From positions 149,234,001 to 149,298,000 of the forward strand of contig NC_082710.1 in assembly GCF_030144855.1 (NCBI RefSeq): a DNA stretch of 64,000 nucleotides, written 5' to 3'. Source of the DNA: Hypanus sabinus (Eukaryota). The notes beneath the pieces were generated by a model, which saw nothing but the letters and a program-made list of their open reading frames with translations, was not told where the DNA came from and made no database searches. This document shows, piece by piece, positions 25,720 to 37,689 of the stretch (its first letter is position 1; the number at the start of each line of letters is the position of its first letter). A program made the position numbers and the translations under genes.

Positions 25720-28700
25720 ATTCATTTGGGGCCAGTAAATTCAATCTCTGACTGATCCATAGGTCTTGTCAAACCCCAGATAACCTGAATCATCATGGGG
25801 CGATTTAAACATGATCCTCCGATACTTCTCAAGCAGAACCAGATGGGAACGCTGAGGCCTGTCTGGAGGAGACATGACCCGGTATAGAATCTGGTTCCTC
25901 AACTTCAGTTTGTTCCATTCTCTCAGCAGTAGAGATACAACAGGGCAGTTCATCTTTTCAGCTTGGACCATATCCCCTTTCACAACAGCTGACCAAACGG
26001 TACCTATGTAAGGGTCATCATGCTGAGCGGCAGCCGCTTCCCCTGGGCTCAGCTCAGGCAACTCAGAGCTCAGAGTTGCAGCAAGCTGATGGAATGGCAC
26101 AACTAGAAGCTCCCAAATGATCTGCTCGATCCGGTCCTCGCCTTTCCTCTGACTTCCCTGATGGAGAACTGGCACATTGCTTTAACTCCAGGTGCTGGAA
26201 CACACTCCGTCCATTTCCAGCCCTTCATGTGCACCTTGGGGTGATGTATCTGCATCAATGCCAGGGTCACCAGCCGGTACTTCAGGCTGAGGTCAGAGGC
26301 AGACAACCCCACCAACTACTGATGGCCTGTGGCATCCAATTTTGCCGAGGTCAGGATGTAAGTTAATGGATTATTGTCAGTCCTCATCTCCAACTGGCAT
26401 CCTTTCAAACTGGAAGAATCCAAGTGGACATATGAATTCACCTTCTCTTTGTCAGCCTCACTCATGGGTATCTGATAATACCCACTTCTTAGGTTCTGCA
26501 CACTGAACCATTTTACTCCATTCAGGCAGGCCCGTGTGTCCTCCGTCGTTGGAACAGTCGGGGACTGTGCGTCGGTTCCCAGTCTGATGGTCAACGCACA
26601 GTAGTACCTTCCCATTATTCTTCCTCGTCACCACTATAGGGGAAGCATAGACACTCCTGGACTCAGTGATAATCCCAGCTTCCTCAGATGTTACCGGACG
26701 TTCTCCACCTTGGTGGGTGCCAGTGGCTGAGACCTTTCTCTGAAAGGGTTGTCCTCTCTCACTCAGGCGGTGTGGCGAGTTAACTTGGAACAACCCACAT
26801 CAAACTCGTCAGTAGAAAAGACATCTTCAAACTTTAACATCTCTGTCAGTCTCCTTTTCCATCTCCCAGGTACTGGGGAGTCACCGAAGTTGAACGATTT
26901 GGCTGTCAACTTTCCTGTTCCAGGAGATTGTCTCTCTCCTGGTTTTCTCACAGGAAAGTAGGCGTTATATTCACTGGAAACAGATGTGCCATCGACATTC
27001 CCCGCCCGAGGGTGGCGACTCACTCTCTCTGAAGTGTTCCTGACAATCACTGTCATCCTGTTCACCTGTACAACCCATTGTTTCTGCAGTTCAGGCCTCA
27101 CCAATACCCCAGCAGGTATGCGTGACTCCTCTTTGAGGTCTTCCGGAGCACCCACCAGGTGCCCCCCCCCCGGCATTGGGTATTCCGGGAAATCTGGGGT
27201 TTCCCGTCACTCTAGCTACTTCCCCAGACTGTAGCACGATGGGTCTGTACTGGGTGAACCACACATTTCCTCGTTTGAGCTCATCATCCAGCCTAGGGTG
27301 AACCTGCACTCCCTCAAAAGCAGCTCTGAACATGGTGAACGGACAGGGATTCAGAAAGCTCTCGGCAACTTTCTCCTTGCAGGCTCCCACTTGCCTCCTC
27401 ACAATGGGATTATTCATTCCCACAAGAACTGAAGCTTCACCTTCTCAACCGGGTCCGGACAAACCAGAACTAACGTCTCAAGGACCCCAGCTGCCTCCGG
27501 AACTCCAGCTTCACTGACAAATACCATCATCCGGATAGTCATTAGTACGGAGGCCCGAGAGCTCTCGGGCACTGAGTGGCATCAATGGTAAACGAGTCAA
27601 ATACCGTTTGTAGAAGGGTTTGTACAGCAGAGAAACTAAGTATGGCTCCAGCATGAATACTCCCGATCTGGAAGGATACACTGGAGTTTGGCCTCACTAA
27701 GCCTTCGTGAATAGGACTTTTCACTTCAGTCTTTTCCTTGACACATTGATTGAAACGAAACGCCAGGCCGTTCCCTCACTGGGCCTCTCCGAAGTTTCCC
27801 GATTCCCCTTCTGTTTAAGCAACCGTGGGTTCACCACATTTATAACAGACAACACTGCTCACTCCCCTCTCCAAGGGACTCCGGTCAATAGCAGCCCTCT
27901 GTTCAGACCGACCCAACAGTGGGTCCGGATCTCTATCGGTTTCATCATGTTTGCTGGCAGCACCCGCCGATATCAACCGCGGTTCCTCGGCTCTCAAATC
28001 TTTCACAAGATCCTGCAAAACTCCCACCTGTCTGGCTTTAGGGGTCACTTCAGCAACAGGGGCAACTAGCGGGGACTGTACCCTGCGGACGTAGGCCTCC
28101 TGCTCCTCCATCACGTTTTCCTCCTCTCTTACTTCTCTGATCAGCTCGACAAATGAGGGAGGGGCGCGTCTTACGGGACATCCGGAGGCTTAAAGCGACC
28201 ATGTCCTGTGACTGTGCGCGCTTCCCCACTTTGTCCATCCTTAACTGATTCACGTTGTCCAGTTGAATCGCTGCTTTAAGCGAGCAACACCACTGTCTCT
28301 GGCCGAAAAATGTGGACAGAAAGTTTCTCCTCTCCTGAAACATGCTGCTAAACACCATCATAAACTCCATTCGACTGCCCGTGGTGCCCAAAACATTTTC
28401 TAATGCTCACATGTAGGCCGCGGAAGTAGCTGAGGGGTTCTCTGTCTTTAAAGATTCCGCTACCTCGGCAGCCGGACCTCTCAGAATCTGTACCACTCAC
28501 TGTCTTTTCACATTATCAGAGCTCTGCTACTCATCCAGCATCTGAGAGGTCTGTTCCCCACTCCTCCTCCCCCCCCACCGGGGGTGGGCTTCACTCCTAA
28601 GAACGTTCTCAAGCTACGATAGCACTGAGTCTCCACAGGTGCACTTTGCCATTTATCCGCCAGGGACGTAAAGGCCGATACCAACTCAGAATTTTCACCC

Positions 28701-29100
28701 CTTACTGGAGGACACATTAGACCTTCCGTATCAGACAACTCCTTCCCCTCACTCTGCAGAAACGAGAACAACTTGTCTTTAAAGTCTCCGCCCTTAGCTA
28801 CGGGAACTCGGGCTCCAGTTCGACTGTCTGGGTTACACTCCACTCCTCTCGGAAAGAATGGACGGCCCATGGCCCCGCCTCTCCCAGGACCCCAGTGGTA
28901 ACAGGAGATCTGCCATTACGTCGGCACTCGTCCACACTAACACAACATCTACCCCCTCCCCCCCATTAACACTACATTTTCCCCATGCTTTAACTTTCCC
29001 TATTGCTTTAACAGTACTTAAAACCCCAATCAACAATTCATCTGGGCTGGGGATTTTCACTCTACACAGAACACAAGCTATCTCTTTGAATCACACCAAT
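25720..29100 (-). mobile_element. Gypsy internal region with PNMA-like gag, CCHC knuckle, RT and integrase remnants
   Basis: VETQCYRSLRTFLGVKPTP (PNMA-like); VVCYKCGEP; SPIVV.RKNNGKVLLCVD; SLHDD-like HDDSGYLGFDKTY. Confidence 0.8.
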
Positions 29101-32100
29101 ACTTAATCCCTGCGGCGTCCATAATCATGTATCATAATCAGTTTCCCGGACGTTAGTTTGACACAGGCTTAACCACAAACCCACTTAACCAATGAATGCT
29201 TAGGGCCATCACACAGCATCCAACGAACTCAATCCCAGATGATCCCTCACAATGAAATCCGTTTTTTCTGGGCGTCTCTGGAAACGGCTCGTTAGCCCCT
29301 CGCTAACAGCCAACGGACTCCACGCTGAGAAATCCACCTTTCTCCGGCTTCATACGTCTAGGTGTGTACAACTTTGGCCCGGCCAAGTCCGTGAGATTGG
29401 GGTATCTCACCCATCCAGACCCCGGTTTGTGTGAATGCCTCCTCAATAACCCATCGGCATAAAATAACAGATTGCTCTCCGCACATAATTATAAGGAAGT
29501 ATATTTATGAATGTTAACCAAGGAGTTAGTAAAGAAAAGAAAGATAAAAAAAACAAAAAGGGCCCATTATAGTTAAACAGTCGCATGTTTACAGTTTGGA
29601 GCTGAAATCTCCCAAAAGCCAAATTCACTTATCCTTGGTAGACCCCCGCGCCTTTGCTCCATCGAATTGCGTTTTCCCACTGCATCGAATCCCACGACCG
29701 GTTCTCTCCAGTGTTGCCTCTCCAGCTGAACACAGACAAAGACCCACACAGGTGTCAGTCACAAAGGCCTTTCTCCCAGCCTTCCCTCGAACTTTCTCCC
29801 TGTTCCTCCATCCTGACTGGATGGCCAACCTTCCTAAGCATCCGTTATCTTGAACATTAACCCAAAACAAGCTTTACAGAGAGACCATTACATGAAATAC
29901 CCTACAGCATTAGCAGTAAAACCTTCAGGGCTACTCCTCCACCTTTACGATCTTGCCCATCTTTCCTAAGTAAAGTATATAATTTAATACTATATTCATC
30001 ATTGCGCTTTGAGGTCAGCCAGGTTTCAGTTATTATCTCACACTTATACACATTCATATAATTCCAGCTCATTTATTTCATTCTTAATACTTGCATTTAT
30101 ACAGGCCATCCTTTGTCCATTCTGACCACCTTGTCAGTTCTGTTCATAAGCTTCCCGCATAACTTTTTAAATTTGTCTTGCAGAACTGACAGCCTGCCCT
30201 TAACCTATGTCATTTGTTCTGTTGTGGACAATGACGACTGGATCCATCCCAGCTCCGGCCAGCCGCATATCTACTCATCCAGGGAGGTCTCCTACTTGTG
30301 CTCCTGTTACGAGACCCCTTGTCAGTACCTGATTCTCAATACCCCCCCCCCCCCCAGTCCCTATTACCACTACTTTCTTTTAAGGGGGTTTAGTTTTAGG
30401 ATTAGAGACGGTCTGCTCTGCGACCACCTCAGAGGTTCCATGGTTATTGTGGAGCATCACTAAATGTTCAAAATGATTGGACACTTCCAATTCTGGAGTT
30501 GGTGCTCCTGGACAACATGCACATCTTACGCTGAACTTCCTTCCCACGATCACCCTCCTGTCTCTCTGGTCTGGATCCTCAACCCATGGCTCTCTTGGGG
30601 TGCACGCTATCTCCCTAAAGGACATCTGGAGCACATCTGCCAATTCTCTACATCACAGGTCAGCTACCTCCTCCCCAAGTTCCACCAGTGTGTTCCAGAG
30701 TTGTTGAATTAACTGACATTTAGAACATAGAACATAGAATAGACAGCACAGTGTTGTACCAACCCTCAAACCCTGCCTCCCATATAACCCCCACCTTAAA
30801 TTCCTCCAAATACCTGTCTAGTAATCATATGAACTCTCATATTTACATATGAACTCTCCGGGGAGTAATTTTCCATGAATCTGAACATAAGGCAAGACTG
30901 ACATTACAGAGGCTGCATTTTTATTCTTTTAGGGGAAAGAAATAATGAAGATTAAGTGATTATATTTATTGATAGTCTTAAAAGTAAACTACTATTTATA
31001 CTACTACTCCTGCTTTGTTCCCGATGTACAGATAGTGCCTAACGCTTAACATGTACTTGGACCTTCTTCGAACTTTCTAGATTTGCATTCCCTGATAATT
31101 TCACTTTCTCCACCAGTAAAATATACCACAAAGTGACTCTTGGTCCCACCTTGTTAGGCCTACAACAACTTCACCACTAACTACTGGCTCGCTTTTTCAT
31201 CAAAAGCACACTAAGCGTCTCTATTACCACTAGTGCTAGTGAACTGCTTATGCAAAGGTGAATAAAGAGTTTGGCATATTCCTTCATTGGTACAAGAGTT
31301 GAGATGTCGTCTTACCGCTGTATAAGACATTAATGAGAATACATTTGGAAATATTGTGTACAGGTTTGATCACCCAGCTATAGGAAGGATGCAATTAACC
31401 TAGAAATGGTGCAGAAAAGATTCACATACAGTTAGCAGAATTGGACGGTTTGAGTTACAAGGAGTGATTGGAGAGGTTGTGACTGTTTTCCATGGAGTTA
31501 AGGAGAGAGGGGTGACTTTCTGGATGTTTATAAAATCATGTGGGGCAAAGATAAAGTGGATGGTCACTAGCTTTTTCTGAGGATTGGAGGACATATGTAG
31601 ATAAAGATAAGGAGGGAAAGATTTAAAGGGGACCTGAGACTGTTGAGTATGTGGAATGAGCTACTCGGGAAAGTGGTACAGGTGGATACAGTTACAGTGT
31701 TTAAAAGATGTTTCGGCAGATACACATCAGAGGCCAGTGAGATATGGGCCTGACACAGGCGAAAGGATTGGCGCAGGGAGGAACCTTTGCCAACATGGTT
31801 GAGTTGAGCCATATGGATGTGTTTCAGTGCCATATGAATCTATGATTTCCCAACTCTTGTATTCTGTGCCCTGACCGATGAAGACCAGAGAATCATATGC
31901 CTTCTACACTACCTCGCTACTTTCAAGGAACTGTGGATTTGAGCCTCATTTATTGTATGTCCTACCCCATACCCTTACACTTGATGGAATTAGCTTCCAT
32001 CGGCCCAAAATCCTTCATCAGGAGTGAAGGACTTCACTCCCGAAACGTCATCACTACCTCCTCCCATAGATGCTGTCTGGCCTGCTGAGTTATGCCAGCA

Positions 32101-32580
32101 TTTTGTGTTTTTTTTATTTATTTCCAGCATCCACAGATTCACTCGTGTAATCCCTGTCAAATGCCTTATTCAGGTCATATACTCAACATCTCCCACCCTG
32201 CCTTCCTTAGTCTTCTTCACAACCATCTCACAAGATGTTGAAGTTAGTGAGGCAGGATTTCCACAGAGCCCTATTGAATTTCTCTGATCAGACTCTGATG
32301 TTCTAAATTTACATAACTCCTTTTGTTTTTTTTGCCAATCGCTTCCCTGCTTCTGATATGAGACTCTCTGCCCGATAGTAACCAGGACTTTCTCTTCTTG
32401 AACAAAGGAACAATTATTCAAAATCACACCGGTAGTTAGTAAAGATACAAATATATTTGTCAATGCCCCAGCAACCTTTTTTCTTGCCCCTCTCTATAAC
32501 CTAGGTATATCACTAGCTCTTCCTTTTTCTTGAAACACCCAGTATCGTAGCATGCTGCACACTGATCTAATTGCGCTGCC

Positions 32581-32742
32581 TGCCACGGTAGTGTAGCGGC
32601 TAGCGTGACATTATCACAGCTTAGGGTGTCAGAGTTCGGAGTTCAATCCTAGTATCCTCTGTCAGGAGTTTGTACATTCTCTCTGAGGATTGCATGGGTT
32701 TTCTCCCGATGCTCCAGTTTCTTCCTACAGTCCAAAGATATA
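32581..32742 (+). mobile_element. tRNA-derived V-SINE (HE1-like), 5' half
   Basis: A box ggtagtgtagcgg; B box ggagttcaatcc; V-domain-like ggagtttgtacattctc..gctccagtttcttcctacagtccaaagat. Confidence 0.75.
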
Positions 32743-34584
32743 GAGTCATAGAAATGTACAGCTCGGTGATAGGCCCTTCAGCCCATCTAATCCATGCTGA
32801 ACCATTTTAAAATGCTATTCCCATTGACCTGCACTTGGACCATAGCCCTCCATACACCTAACATCCATGTACCTATCCAAAATATTTTAAATGTTGACAT
32901 TGAGTTTGCATTGCACCATTTCTGCTGGCAGCTCATTCTACGCTCTTACTACCCACTGAATGAAAAATTCTCCACATGTTCTCCTTAATCTTTTCACCTT
33001 TCAGCCTTAATCCATGACCTCTAGTCCCACCCAACCTCAGTGGAAAACCCTGCTTGCATTTACCCTATCTATTTACTCTATTGATAGGTGGAGGAGTGGG
33101 TAGTATTGAGGAAACTGGGAGTCTGCAGAGAGACTTAGATAGTTTAGGGAAATGGGCAAAGAATTGGCAAATGAAATACAATGTTGGTAAGTGTATGTTC
33201 AGACACTATGGTGGAAGAAATAAATGGGCAGACTATTATTTAGATGGTGAGAGAATTCAAAATGCAGTGTCCTTGTGCACTCCAGGTTGCACAAAGGTTA
33301 ACCTCCAGGTTGAGTAGGTGGTGAAGAAGGCAAATGCAATGTTAGCATTCATTTCTAGAGGTATTGAATATAAGAGCAGGGATGTGATGTTGAGGCTCGT
33401 GAGACCACACTTGGAGTATTATGTGCAGTTTTGGGCTCCTTATTTCAGAAAGGATATAATGGAGAAGGTTCAGAGAAGAGTCACAAGAATGATTCCAGGA
33501 ATGAAAGGGTTACTGTATGAGGAATGTCTCACAGCTCTTTGGGCTGTATTCCCTGGAGTTCAGGAGAATTGCGGGGGGTGGGGGGGGGTGGAATCTCATA
33601 GAAACATATCGAATGTTAAAAGGCCTGAACAGATTAGATATGGCAAAGTTATTTCCTATGGTAGGGGAGTCTAGGACAAGAGGGTTTGACTTCAGGATTG
33701 AAGGACATCCATTTAGAACAGAAATGAGGAGAAATTACTTCAGTCAGAGGGTGGTCAATCTGTGGAATTTGTTGTCATGAGCAGTTGTGGAGGCCCAGTC
33801 ATTGGGTACATTTAATGCAGAGATAGATAGGCACTTGATTATCCAGGGCATCAAAGGGTATGGGGAGAAGGCAGGGGAGAGGGGATGACTGGAAGAATTG
33901 GATCAGCCATGGTTGAATGGTGGAGCAGATTCAATGGGCTGAATGGCCTACTTCTGCTCCTACATCTTATGGTCTAATACTGCTTATAATTTTGTATACC
34001 TCTATCAAATCTCCCTTGAATCTTCTACGTTCCAAGGAATAAAGTCTATTTATTCTTTCTTTATGACTCAGGTCCTCCAGTATCATCCTTATAACTTTTC
34101 TTTCAGTCTTAATTACATCTTTCCTTGCAGGTAGGTGGCCAAAATTTCACACAATTCTTTATGCACCTTCAACATAACATCTCATCTCCTGTACTCAATA
34201 CTTCACTTTCTTTACAACCCGATCTATTTGTGATGCCACTTCCAATGAACTATGTACTTGTATTCCGAGATCCCTTTGTTCTACCACACTCCTCAGTGCC
34301 CAATCTTAGTATCATCTGCAGATTTGCTGATCGAGTTAACCACATTATTATCCAGCTCTTTGATATAGATGAGAAACAACAATGGACAGAACACCGATCT
34401 CTGTGCACACCTCTAGATACAGGCTTCCAGTCGGAGAGGCAGCCATCTACTACCACTCTCTGGCTTCTCCCACAAAGCCATTGAGTAATCCATTTCACTA
34501 CATCAGCTTGAATGCTGAGCGAATGAATCTTCTTGACCAATCTCCCATGCAGGACCTTGTCAAATATCTTGATAAAGCCCATGT
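32743..34584. mobile_element. Nested CR1 fragments (-, +, -) interrupting the SINE
   Basis: WAKNWQMKYNVGKC; KEKANAML-like..LVRPHLEYYVQFW; minus FIKIFDKVLHGRLV. Confidence 0.8.
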
Positions 34585-34710
34585 AGACAACATCTAGTGG
34601 TCATTGTAAATTGTCTCATGATTAGGTTTAGGCTCAGATTAAAACCAGTGGTTGCTGGTGGCATGGCTCATAGAGCTGGAACGGCCCTTCCAGATGTTTA
34701 TCAAAAATTA
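34585..34710 (+). mobile_element. Probable 3' half of the V-SINE
   Basis: tggtcattgtaaattgtctcatgattaggtttagg.. resembles the sequence that follows the V-domain in this SINE type. Confidence 0.5.
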
Positions 34711-34826
34711 CAGTAGCATCTTGATCAACAGGGCAAATGGTTCAATTAATTCAGATAGGTATGAAGTTTTGTAGTCAGTTCCAGGTACGTCTTTCATGAT
34801 GAATGGTTCGGAATGTTTTAGAAGAG

Positions 34827-35017
34827 GTTGTTGTTGTTGAGTGCCATCGAGTCATCGCAACCCTATGGGTAGTGTAATTGGCCGTCAAGTTTTCATAACA
34901 AGATACAGAAGTAGATTGCCAGGCCTTTCTTCTGCACAAATACTGCTGCTGCCCATGTTGGGACCCAACAGGATTCAAACTCAGGATCAGTGCTGATGCC
35001 ACTACACCACCGGCCGG
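34827..35017 (-). mobile_element. tRNA-headed SINE with a (CAA)n tail
   Basis: Minus strand ccggtggtgtagtggcatc (A box), gagtttgaatcc (B box), 3' actcgatggcactcaacaacaacaac. Confidence 0.65.
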
Positions 35018-35019
35018 TT

Positions 35020-36480
35020 AGAAGAGGTACCTAGGTGTAAAACTACACAATTCCCTGGAAGTGGCATCACAGGTAGGTAGGTTGGCGAAGAATGGTTTTG
35101 GCAGGTTCGTCTTCACCAGTCAAGTCACTGAGTATAGAAGTTGGTTCGTTATTTACAGAACATTAGTGTGGATTCATTAGGAGTATTGTGATCTAGTTTC
35201 GTCACCCTGTTTCAGGAAAGATGCAATTAAACTGTAAAATAGCAGAGGAGATTTATGAGCATGTTGCCTGGACTGGAGGGATTGTTATGGAGACTGACTG
35301 GGCAGCCTGGGATTTTTGACTTTGGGATTTAGGAGCATGAGGGGGTGATCTTGTTGAAGTGCGTAACAGGTAGGAAGGACAAATGAGATTTGGTGGATGT
35401 TGTGCACGTGGATTTTCAGAAGGCCTTTGACAAAGTATCACATGCAAGGCTGATTAATAAGATACATGGCATTACTGGAAAGATACTAGTGTGGATAAAG
35501 CAAGGGCTGATTGTTAGGAGGCAGAGTGTAGGAATGAAGGAAGAATTTTCTGGTTGGATACTGGTGACTAGTTACGTTCTGCAGGGGTCAGTTTCGGGAT
35601 TGCTTCTCTTTACATTGTATGTCACTGATTTGGAATTGCCACAGAATTGATGGCTTTATGGCCAAGTTTGAGGATGATATGAAGATAGGTGGAGGGACAG
35701 GCAGTGTTCATGAAGCAGAGAGGCTGTAGAAGGACTTGGGCAGATTAGGAGAGCAGGCAAAGAAGTGGCAGATGGAATACAGTGTCAGGAAGTGTATGGT
35801 CATGCACTTCGGTAGAAGGAATAATAGCATAGACAATTTTCTAAATGGAAAGAGAATTCAAAAGTCTGAGGTGCAAAGGGACTTGGGATAATCTTGGGAT
35901 TCCCTCAAGATTAACTTTCAGATTGAGTTGGTGCTGAGGAAGGCATGTGAAATTTTAGCATTAATTTTGAGAGGACTGGAATATAAAAGCAAGGATGTTA
36001 TGTTAAGGCTTTGTAAGGCACTGGTTAGCCTCACTTGGAGTACTGTGAGCAGTTTTGAGCCCCTTTTTTAAAGGAAGGATGAGCAGACATTGGGGAGGGT
36101 TCAGAGGAGGGTCATAAGAATGACTCTGGGATTGAAACACTCTATGGGAGTATGAGGAGCAATTGATGGGTCTAGCCTTGTACTCGCTGGAAATAAGGTG
36201 AATGAGGAGTGATCTCATTGAAACCTATCAAATGATGAAATGACAGAACAGGCTCAATGGGCCAAATGGCCTCAATCTGCTCCTATGTCTTCTGGTTTTA
36301 TTGTAACATCTTGAGGGCGAACGCTCATAATCTTTTTCCCAGGGTTGGGTAATCAGGGCAAAGGTTTAAGGTGGGAGGGGAAAGAGGGCAGAGACGTTTC
36401 TAAAGGGCAACTTCTTCACCCAGTGGGTGATTCATTTTTGCCGGAGTTTATGCCAGATAAAGTGGTGAGGTAGGTACAGT
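35020..36480 (+). mobile_element. Decayed CR1 RT fragments
   Basis: VDVVHVDFQKAFDKVSHARLI; VLQGSVSGLLLF. Confidence 0.75.
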
Positions 36481-37409
36481 AACACCATTCAAAAGGTACA
36501 GAGTTTGGCTGGAATTGAACCCAGAACACTCACACTATAAAACTTTATGCTAACCATTGCATTCCTCTATCAAAGGGCAAATCTGCTTTGCTTTTCCTCA
36601 CAGAATGGCCGCACCTCTTTTCCTACCCTTCCTATAGCTTTCCTCCACCAGTGATCCCACAAATTCTGCCTGTCCCACTGTTGCCTCTGGTTCTGCTGAC
36701 TGAGTGACGTCCTGTCCATCAGTGGAGGGTTCGTTCTCCACTTAGATCCTCTCTCTGCCTCAAATGTGGTTTTCCAGACACAGCAGCATATGGAGCTGAG
36801 GTGATCCACTTATGGGAGGTGTAACAGCCTCCCCCCCCCCTCTTTGGACACCCTGACAGTAACCCCAGGAGTCACTGTGGGTCAGAGGTGAAGTGAGAAG
36901 CACTCTACAGGAGCTGGGAGAGTGCTGCTACTGGTGGGGAACTTGGTGCGAGTTCTCAGCTGGTCTCTCCACTGACAGCAGGGAGAAACTAAACCAGGGA
37001 GGGAGCACAGACTATTCCTGACCGTGACTGGAAGTGTTCTCACCAGCACTGAGCACCTCCCTATCCGTCCAGAGACACTTACCCCGACCTCAGAGAGACA
37101 CACTGATGATTTAACCCAGTCTGGTCCTGATGAATGTGTTCTGTTCCATAACCCCGCTCCATCACTCGGTCCGGGACACCACAGCTCATTCGGGGGAACT
37201 GCAGATGTGATCAGGGTTTCACTCCCACTATCTCCAGCTGAGGCTCACGTGCCTCGGGATGAGGAGTCAGTCCCGGTTCTCTGGGTTTGGGATCCTGATT
37301 CTCTCGGGGGTTGGGATTGGAGCCCAGTGTCTCAGGGTGCTGGTTTCAGAAATGGCTCCCCCTCGGAACCTGGACTCCCAGTCACTCTGACTCTCTGTTC
37401 CAATTTCAG

Positions 37410-37670
37410 GCTCTCACTCTCTCCGTTATTTCAACATGGCGGTGACCCCGGGGTCAGGTGTCCCTGAGTTTGTGGTGGTTGGGTATGTGGATGAGGAGAA
37501 GATCGTTTACTACGACAGTGTGTTGGGACGGACGGTGCCCCGACAGCAGTGGATGGCGGAGAGTCAGGGACCCGACTACTGGGAACGGGAGACACAGATC
37601 TTTCGGGGCAATGAGCAGGTGTCCAAGGCCAACATCCACACCCTGATGAGACAGACCAACCAGACAGGGG
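37410..37670 (+). CDS. MHC class I gene A exon 2 (alpha1)
   Basis: cag|GC acceptor; GSHSLRYFNMAVTPGSGVPEF..PDYWERETQ..TLMRQTNQTG; Y7, Y59 and N86 glycosylation site; G|GTGAG donor; 261 bp. Confidence 0.97.
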
Positions 37671-37689
37671 GTGAGTGGTGAACAACGTT

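Noticed and set aside
32010-32050. Hammerhead-like sequence with a 9-bp hairpin GGAGTGAAG/CTTCACTCC
   Set aside because: The CTGATGA half lies on the opposite strand from GAAAC; a rearranged PLE end that cannot fold into the ribozyme.
32581-32660. tRNA gene
   Set aside because: Only A and B boxes, no cloverleaf; continues into SINE body.
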